A program made the position numbers and the translations under genes. A stretch of DNA of 64,000 nucleotides from Verrucomicrobiota bacterium. GTDB lineage: Bacteria; Verrucomicrobiota; Verrucomicrobiia; Limisphaerales; UBA11358. The notes under the pieces are model-generated. The model did no database searches, had not been told where the DNA came from, and saw only the letters and a list, made by a program, of their open reading frames with translations. Positions 25,494 through 33,623 of the stretch are shown one piece after another. The stretch's first letter is position 1; each line of letters begins with the position of its first letter. The stretch lies in assembly GCA_049510395.1 (NCBI GenBank), contig JBEKYY010000025.1, positions 3,670-67,669 on the forward strand. Direction: 5' to 3'.

Positions 25494-28400
25494 ATGAGAG
25501 CTGCAATTCTTAAGCGCGCGTGGCGGGCCTTCGGGCAAGCGCATTTCATCCCGCAGTCGCGGGGCGTCATTGTAATGGTCGCATTGCTGTTGACCGCCGC
25601 CAACCTCTTTGCCGGCGCAACTGTAAATTGGGTGAGCGGCGGCCCCAATCCCTACGAAGGAATCGGCCTTCCAGGCTCCGGTAATGTGGATGGCGACATT
25701 ACCTATGAAGCGGAATATAACACGCCTTGCGGCTTGGCGATTGATAACTCTGGCAACTATCTTTATGTGGCCGACCGCGACAATAACGAGGTCCGCCTGC
25801 TTCAATTTGACCAAAATTGGACTTACCACTTGGGATTTGAAGATCAAAATGGCAACGAAATAACCGATATCTTCAACAAGCCAGTTGGCGTTGCGCTTAA
25901 CAAATTAAACACCCTTCTCTTTGTCCTCAACTGCGGCAATGGCACCAACGGGAACGTTTTGAAAATCGACTCCGACAATGGCTTCACCACCAATCTCACG
26001 AGAATAATCAACGCCGGCGGCATCACGGTGGACCCACTCGACAACATCTATGTAACGGCCAGCAACCGGGTGTTCATGGTTACGCCGGGTGGTGTCAGCA
26101 ATGTTGTGGCGACGGTCACCGCTTCCGGTGCTTCCCTGCAAGGCATCGTTTTCAAGCGTAACGGCTTGCTGGCCGTTTGTGATGCCGGGCGTAATGGCAT
26201 TTTGCTCATTAATCCCACCACCGGCGTCATTACCACCAACGCGGGATTCCATGGCACGGGCGATTTCTTCTACGCGAACAATATTGCCTCCAGCAACACT
26301 GCCAAATTTTTCCAGCCGGCCGGCGTGGACGAAGCGGGCGATGGGACCCTGATTGTCAGCGACTACGGCAACCACCGCGTCAAGGTGGTGCTGGCCAACG
26401 GTTCGGTGACAAATCTCTATGGCGTCAGTTCCAATGATTGGGTCAGTCCTTATCCGGGTTTTTGGGACGGGACGGTCGTGGTTCCTGATTCAATCGGCGG
26501 TGTCGCGGCACGTCTGCCTAATGGTGTAGTCCTTGCGCCCGACGGCAGTGTTTATGTGACGGAAGATTATTACCACATCATCCGCCAGGTTACGGGGGCC
26601 AATTTTGTGCCGAAGCCGCCACCACCGCCTGCCGCGCCAACCATCTTGACCGTTACTGCAAACAACGGGCAGGTAATTTTGACGTGGACGGCGAGTTCTG
26701 GCGCGACGAATTACAACGTAAAACGCTCCCCATCCAGCGGCAGCGAAACAACCATTGCCACCACGGCCGGCACGAGTTACACCGATACGAACGTGCTCAA
26801 CGGGACGACGTATTACTATGTTGTTTCAGCCCTGGGTGCTGGCGGTGAGGGTGCAAACTCTTTGGAAGTGAGCGCCACGCCGCCGATACCGCCGCCGCCG
26901 GCACCGAGAATCGGTTGGTTTGATTACGAAGGGGACCAACAAACCGGCTTTTTTACTGTGCTCCACCCTGTCAGCGGGGCCAACACGTTCACAGCCCACA
27001 ATGATTTGCTTATAGCCGTTGATCCGACCACAAACGGCCTCGCGACCTATTACATCTTCACCAACGGGCCGCAGCCAGTTTTAGCTGTTCCCAGTTTGAC
27101 GAACGGAAGCACTCCACCGTTTTATCAAGATGGTCTGGTGTTCGCGCAGCCTCTGCCCGTGACGACCATGCCGGACTTGGTGATCAAAGCGGTGAATGTC
27201 GGTTCTGGAGGAAGCAGCGCGATTGTCACAGCCGAGTTCCTATTTCAAGTTGCCAATCCAACGATTATTGGAAACAACGGCGGGCGGTTCACCGTCAGCG
27301 ACATCACGAGCAACGTGGTGTTCTGGTATACCATTGACGGCACCAATCCAACCAACGCCCCGCCCAGTATCGGGCCGATTGCGAGCGACAACAGCACCAA
27401 CCATTATCCGGTCATGCTTTCCCTTAATGCGAGCACCAACATTCTTTTCAAAGTCCGCGCTTTCCGCGATGGTTATTCGCCGAGCGGAATCGCCGTGCAA
27501 TCTTTTTCGCCGGCCAATTTCACAGCCAACCGCATCAGCTTTGGCCTTGCCAGCGGCGAGCCAACCAGCAAATTTCTTGCGCGGCCCGGCCAGTTCTTTT
27601 ACGCCCCCGTCACTCTCCAGTTGATAGACCCCTCCGACACGATGTATAGTTTGCAGTTCAATGCCGCCGTCACGAATGGCCTGACGACGACCAATAAAAT
27701 TGTCAACGGCGCCGGCATCAATTTCTTCTCCATGCTCATGACCCAGGTGAAACCGGAGGAAGGCGATCATTTTCCGCCCGCCGATGGGAAATGGTATCTG
27801 GGAATTCCGAATGTAATGATTACGAACCTTATCGGCACACCGCTTCCGGGAACATTTGTTGACACCAATAACAACCTGATCGGAGTGGGCTGGACATTCC
27901 GCATCGGATTTAATTATAAGTTGGTAGACCCCAGCAATGGGGTCGTAGTCCTGGATTTTGATACGTCCGCACAGGACCTGATAACTTACTCCATTGTCCA
28001 CGACACGCTGTTCAAGAAAGCAGGTGGCGTGGTCGTTCTTGGAGCTTATTCCTTCCTGGTTCCAACTAATGCCAACACGGGTGACCAATATTTCATCCAG
28101 TTGGGCAGTCCCTCCGCAACCCGGGACGGTGCCGGGGCAACCGGAGCCGGCATCTACATCCAGTCCCCGGCCAACAGCCAGGCGGTAACGGTCACCAACA
28201 TTTCCTATCTGGCGGGCGATGCCGCACCTTTTCACTGGCTTAACGCCGGCGATTTCGGCGATGGCATGCTGGACAACGCTGATGTCATGCAAGCGTTTCA
28301 ATCAGGTGTTCTGCTGGTTGATATGCCGCCAACGAATTCGGATTTGTATCTGGCAATGGATTCGTCCGGAAGATTTGGCGTCTTCGATAGTATCCATAAT

Positions 28401-29540
28401 TACTACACGGACCCGGGCCCCAGTGGAAACTTGAGCCCTGCCCAACAACAGGCCATGTACGATGGCAATGACCTGTCCATCAATACGAATGCATTCGGGG
28501 ACGGGGTATTGGATGTTTCGGATGTCTATGTCACCTTCCGCCGTTCTTTGGATCCCAGTTTGACCTGGTGGCTGCGTTATTGGACCAACGGCCAGTTTGT
28601 AGCGGTCACGACACCCAATCTGGCTTACAACAGCAACACCCCAAGCTTGTACGTGAGCCCACTCACGGCTTCTGCCGCGTTACAGTCCGCCGGCCAGATC
28701 ACCCCCTTCCAACAACCGTCCGTCTCCTTTAGCGCCGGCGACGCCGTGGTCGGTCAAGGGCAAACCATCCAAATACCAATCAATGCCAATATTTTTGGAA
28801 ATTACCCGCTCCGCATCCTGGGGTTGAACATCACCGTCCATCCGTTGGATGGCTCTCCCGCACTGACACAAGCCGTCCAATTTACTCCTGTGGCCTTGGG
28901 CCAGCCACAGATATTCGTCTCCAAATCCGCTGCCAACTTCTCTGCGGCGTGGTACCCTACCGATGGTATTAACAGCACCACCCCCGGCCTTTCCAGCAAT
29001 GTGAATCTCGGCACCTTGACGATCAAAATTCCGACGAACGCCACGAGCCTGTCCGCTTATGCCATCCACTTTGATAAAGCCTCGGCTTCGCCCAACGGCA
29101 TTATTTCGTTCCCCAGGAAGACTGTGACCGGGCTGATCACTCTCTCCTCGCGCACCAATTCCGCGTATGGTGACGGCATCCCGGATTCATGGCGGTTGCG
29201 CTACTTCTTTACCACCAACAATATACTCTCACAGGCAACGGCTGACGCCGATGGCGACGGCAGGAATAACTTGCAGGAATACCTGGCTGGCACCGACCCG
29301 ACGGATCCCACGTCCTGTTTCAAGAACATCGGCACCGATCCGGCTGCAGCACAACAAAGTCATGACTGCGTCATCAGTTGGCCCAGCGTGAGCGGCAAAC
29401 AATATGTCATCGAGCGTTCACCGAGTCTTTCCTCGCAAATCTGGACTTCCATCGCCACCAACAGCGGCACTGGGACCACCATGGAATACCATGATGCGAC
29501 GGTCGTCGGCATGCGGTTCTACCGGGTGCGCGTGCAGTAA
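25494..29540 (+). CDS. Giant secreted protein: NHL-repeat beta-propeller, FN3, CHB_HEX_C-like, cohesin-like/dockerin-like modules, TSP3-like Asp-rich motif, conserved C-terminal tail
   Basis: NHL-type strands (LYVADRDNNEVRLL, LIVSDYGNHRVKVV, VYVTEDYYHIIRQV). FN3 (VILTWTASSGATNYNVKRS...GTTYYYVVSA). VFWYTIDGTNPT. DADGDGRNNLQEYLAGTDPTDPTS. Ends with ...MRFYRVRVQ. The ATG at 25494 is preferred over the GTG at 25470. Confidence 0.8.
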   Translation: MRAAILKRAWRAFGQAHFIPQSRGVIVMVALLLTAANLFAGATVNWVSGGPNPYEGIGLPGSGNVDGDITYEAEYNTPCGLAIDNSGNYLYVADRDNNEVRLLQFDQNWTYHLGFEDQNGNEITDIFNKPVGVALNKLNTLLFVLNCGNGTNGNVLKIDSDNGFTTNLTRIINAGGITVDPLDNIYVTASNRVFMVTPGGVSNVVATVTASGASLQGIVFKRNGLLAVCDAGRNGILLINPTTGVITTNAGFHGTGDFFYANNIASSNTAKFFQPAGVDEAGDGTLIVSDYGNHRVKVVLANGSVTNLYGVSSNDWVSPYPGFWDGTVVVPDSIGGVAARLPNGVVLAPDGSVYVTEDYYHIIRQVTGANFVPKPPPPPAAPTILTVTANNGQVILTWTASSGATNYNVKRSPSSGSETTIATTAGTSYTDTNVLNGTTYYYVVSALGAGGEGANSLEVSATPPIPPPPAPRIGWFDYEGDQQTGFFTVLHPVSGANTFTAHNDLLIAVDPTTNGLATYYIFTNGPQPVLAVPSLTNGSTPPFYQDGLVFAQPLPVTTMPDLVIKAVNVGSGGSSAIVTAEFLFQVANPTIIGNNGGRFTVSDITSNVVFWYTIDGTNPTNAPPSIGPIASDNSTNHYPVMLSLNASTNILFKVRAFRDGYSPSGIAVQSFSPANFTANRISFGLASGEPTSKFLARPGQFFYAPVTLQLIDPSDTMYSLQFNAAVTNGLTTTNKIVNGAGINFFSMLMTQVKPEEGDHFPPADGKWYLGIPNVMITNLIGTPLPGTFVDTNNNLIGVGWTFRIGFNYKLVDPSNGVVVLDFDTSAQDLITYSIVHDTLFKKAGGVVVLGAYSFLVPTNANTGDQYFIQLGSPSATRDGAGATGAGIYIQSPANSQAVTVTNISYLAGDAAPFHWLNAGDFGDGMLDNADVMQAFQSGVLLVDMPPTNSDLYLAMDSSGRFGVFDSIHNYYTDPGPSGNLSPAQQQAMYDGNDLSINTNAFGDGVLDVSDVYVTFRRSLDPSLTWWLRYWTNGQFVAVTTPNLAYNSNTPSLYVSPLTASAALQSAGQITPFQQPSVSFSAGDAVVGQGQTIQIPINANIFGNYPLRILGLNITVHPLDGSPALTQAVQFTPVALGQPQIFVSKSAANFSAAWYPTDGINSTTPGLSSNVNLGTLTIKIPTNATSLSAYAIHFDKASASPNGIISFPRKTVTGLITLSSRTNSAYGDGIPDSWRLRYFFTTNNILSQATADADGDGRNNLQEYLAGTDPTDPTSCFKNIGTDPAAAQQSHDCVISWPSVSGKQYVIERSPSLSSQIWTSIATNSGTGTTMEYHDATVVGMRFYRVRVQ

Positions 29541-29566
29541 TCCGCGAAGCCGGTAATTCCTATTTC

Positions 29567-29604
29567 AACGGCGCGTTCATCAGAGCGCGCCGTTTTCCTT
29601 TTCA
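29567..29604 (+). terminator. Rho-independent terminator after the giant gene
   Basis: AACGGCGCG-N10-CGCGCCGTT followed by TTCCTTTTC. Confidence 0.7.
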
Positions 29605-29913
29605 ACCACCCAAATTTTCGCCTGCCACCTGTTTCAAGTAATCGAAAGAAAAAATTCCCGTCGAATGCCCGTCGGCCCAAACCGGCTGGACCGCATAACC
29701 GCCCACCATCATGATGCGTACCAGTTCAAAGGCCTTTGGGGTCAGAACCTTTTCCGGGTTCTTGTAAACGTTTCCCATGATGTCCACCTCGCCCTTGCAT
29801 CCCGCGCAGGGACAACTTCGCCGCAGTTGCTCCAGCGGAATGAAATCCTCGCCGCCGTCGTCCCATTTGACGGCCAGCTCGTTGCCAATCTGTTGAATGT
29901 CCACCGGTCGCAT
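29602..29913 (-). CDS. DUF971 (gamma-butyrobetaine hydroxylase N-terminal-like, Zn-binding) protein
   Basis: Starts at the internal ATG (MRPVDIQQIGNELAVKWDDGGEDFIPLEQLRRSCPCAGCKGE...VQPVWADGHSTGIFSFDYL). It has the characteristic CxCxxC motif and the W-DGH signature. Confidence 0.75.
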   Translation of the reverse strand: MRPVDIQQIGNELAVKWDDGGEDFIPLEQLRRSCPCAGCKGEVDIMGNVYKNPEKVLTPKAFELVRIMMVGGYAVQPVWADGHSTGIFSFDYLKQVAGENLGG

Positions 29914-29944
29914 GGATGAATGGCGAAGGAAGTTGCCGCTTGGA

Positions 29945-30361
29945 TCATCTGGCCCGGAGCAGAAGAACGGGAACACTGACGCTGTGCTGTACCGTTATGG
30001 CCGTTGTTCCGAGAACCAGATCGGCCATGAAATGATGACCGTGCGTGCCCATCGCCACCAGGTCGGGTTTTTTCTGCCGAACCCAACGGACGATTTCCTT
30101 GACCGGTTCGCCGCAAGCCAGTTCCGCGTCAGCCCGGATGCCGGCAGCGACAAACTCGGCCCGGACGCGGTCCAGATACGCCTGGCTCTCTTCGACCTCA
30201 CTGCCCGCCGCGTTTTTGCCGTGATACTTGGCCAGCGCGCCGGTGGCCACGTGCAGGAGCACGACGCGGCTTTGCATCCCCTTCGCCAGCTCTTTGATGT
30301 GTTCGATAATCGCCCGGTCGGTTGCGGTGCAATCCAACGTCACGAGAATGGTTTTATACAT
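29945..30361 (-). CDS. Universal stress protein (UspA family)
   Basis: MYKTILVTLDCT...VVLLHV...DLVAMGTHGHHFMADLVLGTTAITVQHSVSVPVLLL. Confidence 0.85.
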   Translation of the reverse strand: MYKTILVTLDCTATDRAIIEHIKELAKGMQSRVVLLHVATGALAKYHGKNAAGSEVEESQAYLDRVRAEFVAAGIRADAELACGEPVKEIVRWVRQKKPDLVAMGTHGHHFMADLVLGTTAITVQHSVSVPVLLLRAR

Positions 30362-30387
30362 GTGTGTGCCTTTCCTGCTGCGCGACA

Positions 30388-31812
30388 TCATCCGCCAGCG
30401 ATGATGTGCCACGCTTCTTTGAGCGACTCCGGCAAACTATAGATGTCCATCAATGTAATCAATATCGCACTGCCCCAGCCCAGAACCATCAGAAACCAGC
30501 CATTGGCCCACCTGCCCATGAGCCTGCGGGAGGAGGTGAAATGTAGCAGCGGGAACATGGCGAAAGGAAGCTGCAGCGCGAGCACCACCTGGCTAAGCGT
30601 GAGCAGGTCGGTCACGCTGCTGTCGCCGCGCAGGCCGATGATAATAACGGCCGGCAGGATCGCCAGCATGCGTGTGATCATCCGCCGTATCCATGGCCGG
30701 ATGCGCCAGTTCATGAAACCTTCCATCACGACCTGTCCGGCCAGCGTGCCGGTTATGGTGCTGCTTTGTCCGCTCGCCAGCAGCGCCACGGCAAAAAGGA
30801 TGCTGGCCGCCACGGTTCCCAACAGCGGGGCCAGTGTCAGATACGCAATGCGGATCCAGTCGCTGTCGGGGTTAAAGGTGACCACCTCGCCGCCCGCCAC
30901 CGTCACGCTCTGCTTGCCGTAAAATACCATTGCCGCCAGCACCAGGATCGCCGCGTTGACGAAAAACGCGATGGTGAGCGCCACAGTGGAGTCAATGGTG
31001 TTGAAGCGGATGGCCGTGCGGACGGAACGTTCATCACGCTTCACCCTGCGCGTCTGCACCAATGCCGAGTGCAGATAGAGGTTGTGGGGCATGACCGTGG
31101 CGCCAATGATGCCAATCGCCACGTAAATCATCCCCACCTGCCGAAAGCCCGGCGATGCCAGAGCCCGCCCCATTTCCAGAAAACTTGGCTGGGTTTGCGG
31201 AAGGACAAAAAGCTCAATGCCATAGCAGGCACCGATCGTCATCACCAACAGCAGAACAATGGCCTCGATGGTCCGCATCCCGAACCCCTGCAACCCCAGT
31301 AGCAGCAACACATCCAGCCCCGTGATGATGACCGCCCACAACAGCGGGATATGAAACAAGAGGTTTAGGGCAATGGCGCTGCCCAGCACTTCGGCCAGGT
31401 CACAGGCGCCAATGGCGACTTCGCATAAGAGCCAGTTCGGCCAGCGGGTCCACTTCGGATACCAGTCGCGACAACACTGGGCCAGATCCTTGCCGGTGGC
31501 AACACCCAGGCGAGCTGCGGCGATTTGGAGGATGACCGCCATGAAACTGGCCAGGGCAATGACCCAAAGCAGGCCGTATTTGAACCGTGCCCCGCCTGCC
31601 AGGTCGGTACCCCAGTTCCCGGGATCCATGTAACCGACGCTGACAAGGATTGCCGGCCCGGCAAACGCCCGCAACTGCCGCCAGAAACCCGCCTGGTGGT
31701 GCGGCACGTCCACGGTGCCATGCACTCCCTCCAGCGACGGGTGGCTGGCGCCGCCGGCGACTGCCGGCCGGTGCGCGTCGGCTGTCTCCTGTTTGTCAAA
31801 TTCTTCCGGCAT
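30388..31812 (-). CDS. mntH: NRAMP-family divalent metal (Mn2+/Fe2+) transporter
   Basis: GPAILVSVGYMDPGNWGTDLAGGARFKYGLLWV carries the DPGN signature. About 11 TM segments. The ATG at 31812 (MPEEFDK) is preferred. Confidence 0.9.
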   Translation of the reverse strand: MPEEFDKQETADAHRPAVAGGASHPSLEGVHGTVDVPHHQAGFWRQLRAFAGPAILVSVGYMDPGNWGTDLAGGARFKYGLLWVIALASFMAVILQIAAARLGVATGKDLAQCCRDWYPKWTRWPNWLLCEVAIGACDLAEVLGSAIALNLLFHIPLLWAVIITGLDVLLLLGLQGFGMRTIEAIVLLLVMTIGACYGIELFVLPQTQPSFLEMGRALASPGFRQVGMIYVAIGIIGATVMPHNLYLHSALVQTRRVKRDERSVRTAIRFNTIDSTVALTIAFFVNAAILVLAAMVFYGKQSVTVAGGEVVTFNPDSDWIRIAYLTLAPLLGTVAASILFAVALLASGQSSTITGTLAGQVVMEGFMNWRIRPWIRRMITRMLAILPAVIIIGLRGDSSVTDLLTLSQVVLALQLPFAMFPLLHFTSSRRLMGRWANGWFLMVLGWGSAILITLMDIYSLPESLKEAWHIIAGG

Positions 31813-31822
31813 GCCTGTCCAT

Positions 31823-31840
31823 TTGTAGCCTGTGCTACAA
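31823..31840. promoter_or_regulatory. Candidate MntR operator: perfect inverted repeat TTGTAGC-N4-GCTACAA
   Basis: Located in the 77-bp mntH/mntR divergent spacer. The TAGC...GCTA core resembles the E. coli MntR box AACATAGC..GCTATGTT. Confidence 0.5.
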
Positions 31841-31889
31841 TTTAGCAGAAAGATTGTCAACTGCAATTTGGTTTGGTTTAGTTGGGAAT

Positions 31890-32348
31890 ATGAATTGCCC
31901 GCCGACCAAAGCCGCCCAGGTCCGTCCGCCGCTCCAGGGCAACCCCCGGCACACCCGGCAGGAGCACTCCCAGGAAATCGCTTTGGACTACGTGGAGTTG
32001 ATTGCCGAACTCATCGCCACCACCGGCGAAGCGCGGGTGACCGATCTGGCCCGCCGTTTGGGTGTCACGCACGTCACCGTCAACCGCGCCATCCAGCGCC
32101 TCCAGCGCGGCGGACTGGTCAATGCCCGGCCGTATCGCTCCATTTTGCTCACCGAAGCCGGTCGGAAACTGTCTGAAGAATCACGTCGGCGTCACGAGAT
32201 TGTGGTCGAGGTCCTCAAATCGCTCGGGGTTCCGGACGCCGTCGCCCATTTGGATGCGGAGGGCATGGAACACCATGTCAGCAGGAAAACCCTCTCCGCG
32301 TTCGTTAAACACCTCAAACGCTGCGGCCGACACCAGCCGCCGCAGTAA
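31890..32348 (+). CDS. mntR: DtxR/MntR-family manganese-responsive transcriptional regulator
   Basis: ALDYVELIAELIATTGEARVTDLARRLGVTHVTVNRAIQRLQRGGLV is the wHTH domain. RRHEIVVEVLKSLGV...AEGMEHHVS is the metal-binding/dimerisation helix. Confidence 0.85.
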   Translation: MNCPPTKAAQVRPPLQGNPRHTRQEHSQEIALDYVELIAELIATTGEARVTDLARRLGVTHVTVNRAIQRLQRGGLVNARPYRSILLTEAGRKLSEESRRRHEIVVEVLKSLGVPDAVAHLDAEGMEHHVSRKTLSAFVKHLKRCGRHQPPQ

Positions 32349-32386
32349 CCGCTCAAGCCTGCCAAACTCCGCAGGCCGGCGTTTCA

Positions 32387-32797
32387 TCACGCTTTGCCGG
32401 GATGCCAATCCGCCGGACGCTCGATCAAGTGCAGCAGATTGCCTTCAGGATCCTTGAAAAACAGCACCTTGCCGCCGCCGGCAGCCGGCAGGATCTTCTC
32501 ATCGAATGTCACACCGCGCTGGATCAGTTTCGCTCTCGCGTCCTCAATTGAATTCACGCGCAATGCGACATGCCGCCAGCCGGCCAGTTTGTTGTTGCCG
32601 CGCGCGGCCAGCTGAGCTTCCGCGGCATAAATCTCCAGCCATGCCCCGGACAGCGCAATCAGGCAGACCAGGGGGCTTTTCCCGTTGTCCCAAACCGGCC
32701 GCGCCCCCAGCACGCGCACATACCAGTCTCTCAAAGCGGCGGGATGGGCGGCGGCAACGGCAATGTGTTCAATCGCAAAGTGCATAATTTTCTCCAT
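32387..32797 (-). CDS. VOC-family (glyoxalase/bleomycin resistance/dioxygenase) protein
   Basis: IEHIAVAAAHP...WRHVALRVNSIEDARAKLIQRGVTF...VLFFKDPEGNLLHLIE. Confidence 0.8.
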   Translation of the reverse strand: MEKIMHFAIEHIAVAAAHPAALRDWYVRVLGARPVWDNGKSPLVCLIALSGAWLEIYAAEAQLAARGNNKLAGWRHVALRVNSIEDARAKLIQRGVTFDEKILPAAGGGKVLFFKDPEGNLLHLIERPADWHPGKA

Positions 32798-32902
32798 AGA
32801 TTACCCGACCTTGGGGAAATTGAGAAATAAAATCTGCACCATTTACGGCTTAATTTCGAGTTCACTCGCGTTGACAAAAGTGTATCATTTACACACCAAT
32901 TT

Positions 32903-33541
32903 ATGAACACCGAATCCATTCTCAAACAACGGTTGATTTGCGTGGCGGTAATTGACAAACCGGACGACGCCGTGCCGCTCGCTGAAGCCCTGCTCGCCGG
33001 CGGATTGAGTGTCATGGAAGTCACCTTTCGCACCAGCACCGCCGCTGACTCGATTACCCGGATCCGCAAAAGCCTGCCCGCCGTTGCCATCGGCGCCGGC
33101 ACGTTGCTCGCCGCGGAACAGGTACAGCGCGCCGTGGACGCCGGCGCGCAATTTGGCGTCTCGCCGGGCCTCGACGAATCAGTTTTGGCTGCGGCGCACA
33201 AAAATAAAATACCGTTCTTCCCCGGCGTCATGACACCCACGGAAACGGGCCGGGCGTTGGATCTCGGCTGGAAACACCTGAAATTTTTTCCGGCGGCGGC
33301 GGCGGGCGGCGTGGCCATGCTCAAGGCGCTCGCCGGGCCGTTTGCACACACCGGCGTGAAATTCGTACCCACCGGCGGCATCAACGCCGCGAATTTGCCG
33401 GATTATCTCGCGCTGCCGCAGGTCGCGGCCATCGGCGGTTCCTGGATGGCCGAGCGCAAGCTCGTCACGGAAAAGGCATGGTCAAAAATCACCGCGCTGA
33501 CCGCCGAGGCGATGAAAATCATTGCGCAGGTGAAGGTTTGA
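32903..33541 (+). CDS. eda: 2-keto-3-deoxy-6-phosphogluconate (KDPG) / KHG aldolase
   Basis: GGLSVMEVTFRTSTAADSI...IGAGTLL...FFPGVMTPTE...KFFPA...FVPTGGI. Confidence 0.9.
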   Translation: MNTESILKQRLICVAVIDKPDDAVPLAEALLAGGLSVMEVTFRTSTAADSITRIRKSLPAVAIGAGTLLAAEQVQRAVDAGAQFGVSPGLDESVLAAAHKNKIPFFPGVMTPTETGRALDLGWKHLKFFPAAAAGGVAMLKALAGPFAHTGVKFVPTGGINAANLPDYLALPQVAAIGGSWMAERKLVTEKAWSKITALTAEAMKIIAQVKV

Positions 33542-33544
33542 TGT

Positions 33545-33622
33545 GGTAGGGCGCGCAGTCCCTTGCGCGCCGATTGAACAACCACTTTGGGACGACGGCG
33601 CGCACGGAGTGCACGCCCTACC
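33545..33622. repeat. GC-rich nested-palindrome (REP-like) element between convergent genes; possible bidirectional terminator
   Basis: Outer stem GGTAGGGCG...CGCCCTACC. Inner hairpin GGCGCGCA-N6-TGCGCGCC. Confidence 0.6.
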
Positions 33623-33623
33623 T

